DNA of 64,000 nt from Lingula anatina (taxonomy: Eukaryota > Animalia > Brachiopoda), in NCBI GenBank assembly GCA_051362555.1, contig CM120647.1, positions 14,112,651 to 14,176,650 of the forward strand. The letters run 5' to 3'. Below the pieces are notes generated by a model, which was given only the letters and a program-made list of their open reading frames with translations, had not been told where the DNA came from and ran no database searches. Below, one piece after another: positions 1-20,541 of the stretch. Every line of letters begins with the position of its first letter. Positions within the stretch are counted from its first letter, which is position 1. A program made the translations under genes and the position numbers.

Positions 1-1484
1 CTGTGTTGATTATTTTACTTAAGTTTTAATATTTATGGAGAGGGTTGAAGATTTTGGTATTTTAAACCAGAAAGGGATAAACATCCAAAATAAAATATTT
101 CACTTTTTAAGGGAAAACCAAAAGGAAAACGCTGGTACAGGTACCCTTGACAACAGTGATGAGAGTCAAAGAAAATTAGCCTAATACTTTGGTAGATGTA
201 TGTTGAATGAAAATGATAGACTTCTAAATTGCTACTGTGAAGGTGCAAACCCCCTATTTACACATACATTAAATGCAAATGTTAACATCCCATCGCATTC
301 TCTGCGTAAATAATCCATATGCAAACAAGCAGGCGATGTCAAACATGACTCAAACGGGGACTCGACGCTGTTTGTCGACTTTGCTACACATACGTGTAGA
401 AATCCAATGTTTAATACACTGTGTGTGTGTGGGGGGGGGGGGGGGGCAGCATTACCATCTTCCAAAACCACAATCCACACCTTCCAAAATGTTCACTTGC
501 TATTAACCAGATATGTGTTTGAGTCTAATTAATGACACAATTCTCTACTTTGGTATTTTAAACCAGAAAGGGAAAAAACATCCAAAATAAATTTTGGAAC
601 AGAATATCATCATTCATTTGACTTCCAGTATGGAGAAGCTTGTCATTCAAGACACACAAATACCGCCGGGAAGTAGTGGAGGGTGTGCAGCAAAAATATG
701 TTTCGGGGTGGACAATGGCTGACAGCCGTGGTTGCACGTGACTTAATATATTCTAACTGTTTATTTTATTAAGTATTCAGCATTTGGCTTAAACACGTGA
801 ACAGGGTCCCATGACAGCCCAAAATCCAGTGATTTGGATATATGTATAAAGACCCCACGAGTGGGCTTGTATTATTATACATCCATCTGCGAAGCGAATG
901 ATTCGCATAGTGAAATTCTTTACAGTATTACACGCCTACAAGTATAAAATAGCAGCGCCTTAATAGATGTAATACCAACGTCATACAACATGTATACTTA
1001 CTTCTATGAAATGTACCAGGATTCATGAATGCTGTGCCCGAGGTCGGTCGTCTACCAGCCAGCCATACGCCAGGTAAGATTATTCTGAGATTTGTATTCA
1101 AATTAGATCAAGATACAGATACATGTATTCCAAGGTTTACGTCAGTGGTCGGGTGTTTTGACTTCTTCAGTCTTTTTGTATCGACCCGCCACAAATCTTA
1201 CAATTCTAGGCGAAAATCGGGGGATAATCAGTGTCATTACAAGAAAGCAGGAGAAATCTCGCTGCCTACTTTGGTCACATTGACCTCTCACTCAAGCGTC
1301 CAATATCCACTTTCTCCGGCGCAGCTACAGAGCGACTAAGATCTTAATTACACCACATGATAGTTTGCTAGCCACAAGCGTCTATGTTCAGTGACAATAA
1401 ATCACGCGTGAGCACGAAGAGGTGCAGCGGAGTCCCTTACACGGGTCTCCAACCACAGACAAGATAATAACGTTTAATACATTA

Positions 1485-1645
1485 TGTGGTACAGTCCGTG
1501 TCACGTACATGAGAGTCCCCTGTGATACAAAATATGGTGTCACGTACAACAGTCCCGTGCGATACAAAACCCGATGTCATTTACTACAGAGTTCCTATGA
1601 TACAGAACCTGGCGTCACGTACAAGGAAGTCCCCTGCGATACATG
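1485..1645 (+). repeat. Degenerate ~38-bp tandem repeat, about 4 copies
   Basis: Recurrent GTCACGTAC...AGTCCCCTGYGATACA. Confidence 0.7.
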
Positions 1646-2282
1646 ATCCTGTTCACATTGATTTGTACAACTAAGCCTTGTCCTAGTTTTCAGATAGTTT
1701 AACCCACTTACGACTACAACCTGTACGGATCTAATGGAGGATGCGTTCTCTACTACATGGACCCTCATTTTTTTTCTTTTTTGTTTTTTTCACTTAAATA
1801 TAGTGTAGTACACATTGGGCGGATACAGTGACTGGGAGTCCCCTGGTACATAGAGGTGCAATCAATTTCTTGGGTCTGATAGATATTTATTAGATTGGAT
1901 TTTTTTTTCAAAAATATTCCTGTTTTAGGCTTCAGCTTTTTCGTCTCTTTTATTTTATCTTATTTCATTCTGGGTTAGTCATTTAATAATCATTTTCTGA
2001 TTAATTATTAAATGAATTAATTTGGTTAATATACAAACAAGTCATCTCTTGGTCATAAATCCATATCAAGGATCACATCCACACAATTGAATAGTAAAAT
2101 GAGTTAAAATCATAAAATCTAAGTGCACATAGGTGTTTGTTGTTGATATCTTAAAATCCAAGTTTTCGATGGCTGTCATTTTTTATTGCCAACAGTTTTG
2201 CAATAACTCGAAGAGTAACGCAATATCTGTATCATGCTGGTATACATACATTGTGGAAGTGAATCAGCCCCATGCACTCAGC

Positions 2283-2555
2283 CTAATAAGTTTTCAAAAC
2301 ATCTATAATGGCCACCGCAATTACTAGGATAAACGGCGAGAAATCCACTGCTATCACTATAACGATTGCTAGATATCTTACTGCTGGGTATGACACGCTG
2401 TACGGAATTATCCAAGCAAACACTATGTTGATAACAATAACGCCCAATATCAGAGCAATCCGCGAAATAAAAGACCAGTTCACCCTTGACCTTGACGTTA
2501 GCCTTTCTCGATGCAGCGACATCTCGACGTCACCGGTGCTTGCTGAGAATTCCAT
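2283..2555 (-). CDS. Candidate small membrane protein (90 aa, 2-3 hydrophobic segments), unassigned
   Basis: ATG in an A-rich context (CAAAAGCAATG), strongly hydrophobic translation; no family recognised. Confidence 0.3.
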   Translation of the reverse strand: MEFSASTGDVEMSLHRERLTSRSRVNWSFISRIALILGVIVINIVFAWIIPYSVSYPAVRYLAIVIVIAVDFSPFILVIAVAIIDVLKTY

Positions 2556-3455
2556 TGCTTTTGTTTTGGTTTGGTGAGTGACGTCAGTGAGTAGATGACG
2601 TTTTACATGGTGATGTCACAGTTCAATGCTCCGCTGCCACTCGAATGGTTCTATGAGGACAAAATACAACAGAGTTTTATTTACTCCTTGACAGAGAGTT
2701 TAATTGTAGATCACTAATCGTTATTGGTTTGTAGAAGACTGATCGAAAATGTAGACGCTATGATTACAATTAATTAAGCATTTAATTAATTAATTAATTT
2801 TAATTTATTCAAACTTTTTTATCCGGAAGTTTATATATTTAACGACGTCGCCAAAGAACTCCCCCCCTCCAAATATCTTTTCAAAGACAACATTACAAAT
2901 CGTGAAGATATCTTCCTTTATGCACCTGCTCCAACAAACTCAAATCTTAACAAGGTGAAATGCAAATTACAAGCTGAGCAATGATTTATGTATGAATAAA
3001 TACTGGATAGCTTCCTAGTCACACGTTAAACTGTGAGGTTATTTAGAGCATGGTACATTAAAATGCGTCTCTACTTGATAATATGACATGTTAAACAGGC
3101 ACAGGGAGTTTTGCACAAAAATGTTAACTTTCCTCATAAGTTTACCTCTTTCTCACGAGTGTATAATCCACCTTCATTAGTTCTAGAAGCAGCCTAAGCC
3201 ATTCAGACCTTCTTTAGTTTTCCTGCTATTACAAAAGGAAATATCGACTACGCATTTTTATTTGAGAGAATTTACCGTTTTCAAGGTTTAAATTGGTAAA
3301 AATAAGCACAATGAAACTTTAGAGGACATTCAAATAAAAATGTGACATTCAGACAGTTTCAAATGCGCATAAGACACTTTTAATACGAATACACGAAAAA
3401 ACGTCCTACACTCCCTTCCTGGACAGTTCCTTCCTTCTTGCACTTTACTTTTTTC

Positions 3456-3503
<48 letters not shown>

Positions 3504-3606
3504 TGCCGGGATAACCTTATCGAATTCCTTTGCGTCCTTGCTAGCTTGTCATACTACCGCAAAATATGTTGTTTTGAACACAACACATACACGACCCAGA
3601 CCGAGG

Positions 3607-3653
<47 letters not shown>

Positions 3654-4095
3654 CCTGTGGGAGCGAATGTGGCTATTAAAGAAATGTACACATAGCCTAC
3701 TTCTGTTCATGATAACTGAACCTACATTTGTTACCAAGTGCCCGTGCCCTCGAAAAGGTTATCTCATGTAAATCCTCCGTAGTACGACCTTCAGCGCGTC
3801 CCCTGTCAACTATCACTTCTTAATGCATGGATCTGTACTTAACAAACTGCTGGGCACGTATGCCGGTACTCTATGGTGCACGTGTTTTGAAATAAGGAAT
3901 ACTTGGTACTCTATGGTCAAGTGGAAGCAGTTATCCTTTATAATCCCAATAGTTTCAATTTGGATTTATGTACAGAGAGGAAAATCGCAAAGAAAGACGG
4001 AAGGTACATGTAATTTAGGGGCTAGTACGTGAATAGGTAACCATATAATCGCAGAGCTGCCACATAAGAAAGGGTACAACGTGATTTTTACATGA

Positions 4096-4130
<35 letters not shown>

Positions 4131-4176
4131 GGATCCGTCGGAATTCGAAAAAGGCAAAGACTACTCGCCTACAATT

Positions 4177-4177
<1 letters not shown>

Positions 4178-4233
<56 letters not shown>

Positions 4234-4262
4234 AATAAATAAATACATAAATAAATAAATAA
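4178..4262. repeat. (AAT)n/(AAAT)n compound microsatellite upstream of the UGT
   Basis: Directly visible. Confidence 0.9.
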
Positions 4263-4506
4263 AAAATAATGTTGCAAACAATTTTTCGTTAGTGCGTAGA
4301 CTCTTACGCAATGATAATCAAATGCGCAATAATTTATTTACGTAACCAGTATAACCCTGACTATAACCTAGTTTGATATAGCCACGGGTTATGGGGTCTC
4401 CCTATCGGTCACATATTTACAGGGGTCATAAAGAACCTTAGTTATAGCGAGTACAGTCGCTGAAAAGATACGCTCGGTTAACATCTAGTTCATCGAGGGG
4501 CGGTGT

Positions 4507-6126
4507 ATGGACTGTATACCCACGTATCTCTCTAGCAATATGATGCCGTACCCATTGTATGTAGTAGTATGGGTGGCACTGCTGCACGGGAGAAGCGCCT
4601 GCCTCGGTGCTAAGATATTCATGTTGCCGTACACGCAGGTGTTCAACTCCCGGACGCTGAACATGGAGAAAATCGCCCGTCTTCTCACTGACCGCGGTCA
4701 CTCGGTCACAATGATGGTGGCTGACCACTACAAACCACGGACAAACATCGACGGCGTGTCGCTGGTCAGATTTGAGACACCCAAGCTGGAGGTGAACAAA
4801 GCGGGGGAGCTGGCCTTGGATACGACCATGAGCTCTGTTTACGAGGGTCTCGAGAAGATGATGGCGGCAATGGACGAGATGGAAGAAGCTTTCTGCCATT
4901 TTTTATTAAGAAACGAAACCAGGTTGCAAGAATTGAAAGCGACCAATTTTTCGTTGTTTCTCTTTGACTTGGTCAATTTGGGATCTGGTCCCGTACTAAA
5001 CGACTTTTTAGAAATCCCGTCCATAGCATACTCCAATTTAGGATTCTGGGACCCGTGGCACGTGTTTCGCCAGCCGGTGTTTAAGTCCTTCACACCGGCC
5101 ATTCCCGGGGGCTACTCCGACCACATGACGTTTTGGGAAAGACTCCACAATGTCGACATAGAAAACGAAGTCAATGATTGGTTAGACAAGAAAATAGAGC
5201 GCACGGATGCCATGGTGTTGGAGTATTTTCCAAAGAAACCTTGGCCCCCTATGAAGAGAGCATTTGAAAGAGTTTCTCTGATGATTGCCGCCAATGTCGA
5301 CTTCGCTCTGGATTATCCCAGACCCGTGATGCCTCACGTTAAACCAATCTCTGGACTTCTTTGGACACCACCCAAACCTCTGCCGAAGTTTTACCAAGAC
5401 TTAATGGCGTCTGGGCGTCATGGCGTTGTCGTGATGAGTTTCGGTACCTTAGTAGCAGAACTGACCGAGGGGATGGCGGAGGGCATCGCAAAAGTGTTCG
5501 CCAGACTACCTCAAACTGTCATCTGGAGATACAAGGGACCTGTTCCGAAGTCTCTTGGGAAAAACACGCACTTGGTCGATTGGTTTCCACAAAACGACAT
5601 TCTTTCACACCCTGCCACGAAACTCTTCATCACCCACTGTGGGATCAGTAGCACGTGGGAAACTCTGTACCACGCCGTCCCCGTTGTGGCTGTCCCGTTA
5701 ATTTGGGATCAGCATCAGAACGCCAGAAAACTCACAGACAGGTGCAACATTGGAGTATCCCTCAGCTTTTTAACATTCACTGAGGCAGACTTCGAGAGCG
5801 CCATACAAACAGTTCTTAACAACAGGACATACAAGGACAACGCCGTTAAAATGTCCGAGCTTTTAAAGGACCAACCCATGTCGGGGCAAGACCAATTGCT
5901 GTTTTGGATAAACTATGTTATACGTCACAATGGGACTCTTCATTTTCACTCCCAAGCTTCCTACAATCTTAACTGGTGCCAGTACTTCTTAGTTGACATT
6001 ATTGCCTACAAGATAGCAGTTAAATGTTTACACTACATCTTTGTGTTAGTTTGTGCTATTATGTTTTGGAAATTGCTAAAATACACATGGTTTTTATATT
6101 CTAAACAGAAGAAAAAAACAGTCTGA
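4507..6126 (+). CDS. UDP-glucuronosyltransferase/UDP-glycosyltransferase (GT1 family), intronless CDS, 539 aa (start may be ATG 4540)
   Basis: Single ORF with a hydrophobic signal peptide, the 'L..RGH.VT' motif, the UGT signature WFPQNDILSHPATKLFITHCGISSTWETLYHAVPVVAVPLIWDQ, a C-terminal TM helix and a dilysine tail KQKKKTV. Confidence 0.95.
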   Translation: MDCIPTYLSSNMMPYPLYVVVWVALLHGRSACLGAKIFMLPYTQVFNSRTLNMEKIARLLTDRGHSVTMMVADHYKPRTNIDGVSLVRFETPKLEVNKAGELALDTTMSSVYEGLEKMMAAMDEMEEAFCHFLLRNETRLQELKATNFSLFLFDLVNLGSGPVLNDFLEIPSIAYSNLGFWDPWHVFRQPVFKSFTPAIPGGYSDHMTFWERLHNVDIENEVNDWLDKKIERTDAMVLEYFPKKPWPPMKRAFERVSLMIAANVDFALDYPRPVMPHVKPISGLLWTPPKPLPKFYQDLMASGRHGVVVMSFGTLVAELTEGMAEGIAKVFARLPQTVIWRYKGPVPKSLGKNTHLVDWFPQNDILSHPATKLFITHCGISSTWETLYHAVPVVAVPLIWDQHQNARKLTDRCNIGVSLSFLTFTEADFESAIQTVLNNRTYKDNAVKMSELLKDQPMSGQDQLLFWINYVIRHNGTLHFHSQASYNLNWCQYFLVDIIAYKIAVKCLHYIFVLVCAIMFWKLLKYTWFLYSKQKKKTV

Positions 6127-6637
6127 CATAAATACTGCATATATTTTATTCCACGAATTTAATTCGTTTGATGGCACATACAAAAATATACACTTTCCCA
6201 AAAATAGCATAGCAAATTTAGCTCATTGGCTTAACTGAATATATATATATTATATATATATCAAAGAACATCAATTTGTTTTAACAAGTAGAAAATTTAT
6301 TGGCATATGCCGAACTATTCTATCATGACAATTAATCCAAAATTTAAACTAATTTGCATCTTTTGATAATCCATATAAAGGCATTCTCTCTCAAACATAT
6401 CTTGAACCAGCCCAAGTCAAAGGCACACAATAACATTTATAGTTTTTTACAAAAAATAAATCTGATGCATAATTATGTAAATGCCACTCAATTTCAGTCA
6501 TTTAAATCTGACAATCTCTGGCAAAAATGATCAATTATATTGGTTTTTTATTGAAATCGTATTATTTTGTTTCTTCTTTTTTGCTGTCAAATACTGGATA
6601 AATCACTTATGCACTTCTTTGAAAACTAGTCAACTTC

Positions 6638-14561
<7,924 letters not shown>

Positions 14562-15449
14562 ATTCTCCTGTACTCTGGACACCCCTCTTTCAACCGTGGA
14601 GCCTGGTTGACCTAGATTCACTAAAAGATGACCTAGTTTTTGTAAGATCGCTTATAATATGCTTAAAACCTTGAGACAAAGTGAACATCTTGACCCAAAA
14701 CGATATATTTAAACTTCTCAAATGACAGATACTGGCTATTATAGGCCATTTTTATTCATTTTTATGAAATGTGCATGAACTTTGATTTCATTGTTTTTAA
14801 TGTTTTAGGTGGCTTCACCACATGTGTCGTACCTCTTCGTAGCTCGCCATTGTTTTTTGGTAGGAATGTTTTGGATGTAAAATTTCTTGACCAATTTCAG
14901 TCGGGTTAGGAGTAAGTACGTGTTAGAGACCCTACATGCTTTGTTTCGATACTTAGCCAGGTGATTATTTCCTTTTATGCTTTGGTGCAAATATCAAGAA
15001 ACATGCAATCATGTAAATATTGTTTACACAAATGAATTGAATTGAACATTGTTTTTCTTGACATACAAAAAAACATTGTCAGCGTGTTGTACATGTACGT
15101 GTTGCGATGTAGTAGTAATGTTGACTGTTGCTCCTACAGCTGTGGTAAAATTATGTTAAAAATAGAAAACACGTGGTAAGTGCATGTGTTAACAGGTTTC
15201 ATTTCTTGATCATGTAAATGTTGCCTTTGTAAATTTAAATTGTAAATTAATGTTTAAAATAATAAATGTTTAAGCCCAGTCACAAATAATTAAAGTACAA
15301 GTATTTGCTTTTATACAAGATTAACTATTTCTCTGGTTATTTATCAATCTCAACATATATACCAGTAAGTGTATGACAGTTTATTTCAGCTCTTGTATTA
15401 AATTTTCCCCTCACTGCTCTTGCATTTTTCCAGACACCCTGTTACCACC
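14562..15449. promoter_or_regulatory. Probable bidirectional promoter/5' UTR region between TTC38 and the pseudouridine gene
   Basis: Divergent start codons only 888 bp apart; an acceptor TTTTTCCAG at 15425-15433 and a donor-like GGTAAGT near 15175 suggest a 5' UTR exon in this interval. Confidence 0.6.
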
Positions 15450-18400
15450 ATGCGACTTCTGACTTTATACAGAGGGGCGCGTCTTCTGAGAAACACTACC
15501 ACTCTCAGGGTGCAACCTCAACAGCGATACCTGTCACATGGTGAGGGATTGGTCTCGTCTTAAGAATTGCCCTCTGGTGGACATGTTGTATCTTTTGAGT
15601 GCTATCTACTGGTTGTAACTTGTTTTCATTTTCACTTTCACTTTTACAACTAGCCCATTTACTAAGATAAGAAGATTTTGTATTTAATGTTTTTATTATT
15701 ATATCTGTTGTAATGGTCACATTGGGTCATTTAACTGCCATCTCTGACTATAGCTTCACTTCAGTTTCACTTGCCCCTTTAATCAACATCTACCCCAGGC
15801 TTAGAAAACTTAAACTGACTGGTGAAACAAAAACAAGCAAAAGACATCACAAAACGGAAAAAATGAAAAGGTGTATAGGGTTTGAAACTTGTTAACAATA
15901 CTTATACAGGGAACACTTGCTCTGTGAAAAATATTATTATTAAGAAACAAATTCCTCTGTTCCAGGACTTCTCCAGTACTCTAGGGAGGTGTCACAAGCC
16001 TTGCAAAACGACATCCCAGTGGTAGCCTTGGAGAGCACTATCATAACACACGGGATACCATTCCCACAGAATATACAGTAAGCACTATCATAACACATGG
16101 AATACCATTCCCTCATAATATACAGTAAGCACTATCATAACACATGGAATACCATTCCCTCAGAATATACAGTAAGCACTATCATAACACATGGAATACC
16201 ATTCCCTCAGAATATACAGTAAGCACTATCATAACACATGGGATACCATTCCCTCAGAATATACAGTAAGCACTATCATAACACATGGGATACCATTCCC
16301 ACAGAATATACAGTAAGCACTATCATAACACACGGGATACCATTCCCACAGAATATACAGTAAGCTATCATAACACATGGAATACCATTCCCTCAGAATA
16401 TACAGTAAGCACTATCATAACACACGGGATACCATTCCCACAGAATATACAGTAAGCACAATCATAACACATGGGATACCATTCCCTCAGAATATACAGT
16501 AAGCAATCATAACACATGGGATACCATTCCCTCAGAATATACGATAAGCAATCATAACACATGGGATACCATTCCCTCAGAATATACAGTAAGCACTGTT
16601 ATAACACATGGGATATCATTCCCTCAGAATATACAGTAAGCACTAACATAACACATGGAATACCATTCCCTCAGAATATACAGTAAGCACTGTTATAACA
16701 CATGGGATACCATTCCCTCAGAATATACAGTAAGCACTGTTATAACACATGGGATACCATTCCCTCAGAATATACAGTAAGCACTGTTATAACACATGGG
16801 ATACCATTCCCTCAGAATATACAGTAAGCACTATCATAACACATGGAATACCATTCCCTCAGAATATACAGTAAGCACTTATAACACATGGGATACCATT
16901 CCCTCAGAATATACAGTAAGCACTATCATAACACATGAGATACCATTCCCTCATAATATACAGTAAGCACTATCATAACACACGGGATACCATTCCCTCA
17001 TAATATACAGTAAGCACTATCATAACACGGGATACCATTCCCTCATAATATACAGTAAGCACTATCATAACACACGGGATACCATTCCCTCAGAATATAC
17101 AGTAAGCAATCATAACACATGAGATACCATTCCCTCATAATATACAGTAAGCACTATCATAACACACGGGATACCATTCCCTCATAATATACAGTAAGCA
17201 CTATCATAACACACAGGATACCATTCCCTCATAATATACAGTAAGCACTATCATAACACGGGATACCATTCCCTCATAATATACAGTAAGCACTATCATA
17301 ACACATGGAATACCATTCCCTCAGAATATACAGTAAGCACTGTTATAACACATGGGATACCATTCCCTCAGAATATACAGTAAGCACTATCATAACACAT
17401 GGAATACCATTCCCTCAGAATATACAGTAAGCACTGTTATAACACATGGGATACCATTCCCTCAGAATATACAGTAAGCACTATCATAACACATGAGATA
17501 CCATTCCCTCAGAATATACAGTAAGCACTATCATAACACATGGAATACCATTCCCTCAGAATATACAGTAAGCACTATCATAACACATGAGATACCATTC
17601 CCTCAGAATATACAGTAAGCACTGTTATAACACATGGGATACCATTCCCTCAGAATATACAGTAAGCTATCATAACACATGAGATACCATTCCCTCATAA
17701 TATACAGTAAGCACTATCATAACACACGGGATACCATTCCCTCATAATATACAGTAAGCACTATCATAACACGGGATACCATTCCCTCATAATATACAGT
17801 AAGCATTATCATAACACATGGGATACCATTCCCTCATAATATACAGTAAGCACTATCATAACACATGGGATACCATTTCCACAGAATATACAGTAAGCAC
17901 TATCATAACACACGGGATACCATTCCCTCAGAACATACAGTAAGCAATCATAACACATGGGATACCATTCCCTCAGAATATACAGTAAGCTATCATAACA
18001 CATGGAATACCATTTCCTCAGAACATACAGTAAGCAATCATAACACATGGGATACCATTCCCTCAGAATATACAGTAAGCTATCATAACACATGGGATAC
18101 CATTCCCTCAGAATAAAGAGTAAGCTTTATCATAACACATGGAATACCATTCCCTCAGAATATACAGTAAGCTATCATAACACATGGGATACCATTCCCT
18201 CAGAATATACAGTAAGCACTATTATAACACATGGGATACCATTCCCTCAGAATAAAGAGTAAGCTATCATAACACATGGAATACCATTCCCTCAGAATAT
18301 ACAGTAAGCACTATCATAACACACGGGATAAACAGTAAGCAACTGGGAAGATGATTAATGTTGAATAAACAAAGATGGGAAATAGAAAGGGGCTGGGAGG

Positions 18401-20023
18401 GGTTTCAGGGAGCTCCCCCCCTTCTCTCTCTCTCTTTTCCCTTCACACCCACAAAGTTACATTAAGGGTGGCTTGATTCCACCTCCATCTTGATTTAACA
18501 GATAACTAATATTTTGATACTTAGTCTACATTTTACACAGATATCATCTGCATACTTTGATTGCACATAAGAGGGATGCAGAATAAATTTCCTGAATGAA
18601 TCCTTGTCTCAGTTTGAACAAAATGGGTGACTGCATTACTTTGTGCAGATACAGTAAGAGCTCAATCATTACAACTGGGAAAAATTATCTATTTTTCAGA
18701 TACACGATTTTTGGAATTGCCGCTTTTACTGTAAAGAAGAGAGGTTGTCTGCTTTTCAATTATGATGCTACCACTCAGTAGGAATGTTCTAATTTTAAGA
18801 ATTTGTTATTAAAAAAATACAGTATCTGTAAAATTTACAATTTTCCTCTTTCAAATGATTGACCCATTACCGCAACATTAGTTTATTGCTTTCTCTGCAG
18901 GATGGCAACAGAAGTGGAGGATGTTATCAGAAATAATGGAGCTGTTCCTGCCACCATGGCCATAATGAAGGGGAAGATACAAGTGGGTGAGTTAACATTA
19001 TGTTTCTAGTTTTTATAGGGGACACAAGAGATTTTATCTTGGACACTTTGGGACTGAAAAATTTGTTTGATTTACATGATGATTTGAAATAGGCAATGTC
19101 CGTATTTTTCAGCTAATATTTAAATAAGAAAAATGCATTCATTCTACAAGATATATTTGCTATTGAACAATTTATTTGAGTCGCAGATAATGAGTTATCT
19201 AAATCTTCTGTGCACGCTTGGGATGCTGGTCTAAGAATATAAAGTCCAAAGCAAAAATAGTCACTGTTGCCATTAATTAAACATGTACAGCTGCAATTTT
19301 CATCTGCATCAAGCATTACCATGAAACTGGGGATGGACAGAGTGTTTGTAAACTATTCCATGTTAACTTAATACTCACCACAGATAACACTGACCATATC
19401 TTGATAGAAATGTCTTTGATATCTCGCTGTATAATGTGCTTACATTTCACTCTTTAGGTCTGGATGGGGATCAGCTTGAAAGTCTGACTAAAGAGGGCAC
19501 CAGTGCTGTCAAGACATCCCGTAGGGACATGGCTTGGGTTTTAAGTCAGGTAAACCACAGAGCTGTAAAAACTAGGACATTTGGGAGCATAAATAACATC
19601 TTTAACCTTAGTAAGATGTGTAAGACCAGTGTCACCTTAGAATGAAATATCATATTGGAACTGCCCTAGTAACCCTCCCACCCCTCCTGGGCCCCTCTCC
19701 TTTCTTGCTTTTGTATGCTGAAATTTCATGTAAAGTAAAGAGACATTCCCTCCCTCAAGGTAAAGATAAATTAGTGTGGCAGTCTTTACTTTGTGAGTCG
19801 GATCAAGTGCAAATTAATGATCATGACTGTTATTTAGTTTACCTGAACAAAATGAAGAAAAAGATTGTTTGCACAACCTCCATCAGATGAGACTTAGTTG
19901 ACGTTATAAGAATTCTTTATACAGGGTACATATTACAGCAGTGCATGAAGGAAAGTTAATTCAGATTGAAAATGCACTGGTGGATTAAAACAAAATATTT
20001 TTTGATTAATTTGGAAGATCAAT

Positions 20024-20063
<40 letters not shown>

Positions 20064-20500
20064 TTGTCTTCAGGGTTTCACAGGTGGACTGACAGTGGCT
20101 GGCACCATGATAGCTGCCCACAAAGCCGGTATCCAGGTGTTTGTGACAGGGGGCATTGGTGGAGTGCACAGGGGAGCTGAGACATGTGAGGGGCAACACA
20201 CACACACACGTACGCACGCACGCACGCACACACACACACTCTCTCTGCTGGTATCCAGGTGTTTGTGACAGGGGGCATTGGTGGAGTACACAGGGGAGCT
20301 GAGACATGTGAGGGGCAAGACACGCACGCACGCATGCGCACATGTACCCACACGCACACACACACACACATTAAAAGTTAGCATCCAGGGTATTAGTGTT
20401 CACAGAGAAACTTAGATGTGTAAGTCTGGACATTGATTCACTTGCATGCATACACTTTCATTCTCTCTCTTCCTCTCCCTCTATCTCTTTCCTCTCTCTC

Positions 20501-20541
<41 letters not shown>

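Noticed and set aside
53-591. About 42-bp direct repeat at 53-93 and 549-591 as LTR or att sites
   Set aside because: Too short, no TG...CA ends and no coding content between; likely a local duplication.
3438-4311. ORFs with poly-F, poly-I and (RE)n tracts
   Set aside because: Translations of homopolymers and microsatellites.
4438-5651. Several ORFs overlapping the UGT on both strands
   Set aside because: Shadow frames of the real CDS with no recognisable motifs.
16368-18116. ORFs 16368-16562, 17809-18093 and 17865-18116 with periodic peptides
   Set aside because: Translations of the 47-bp minisatellite, not genes.
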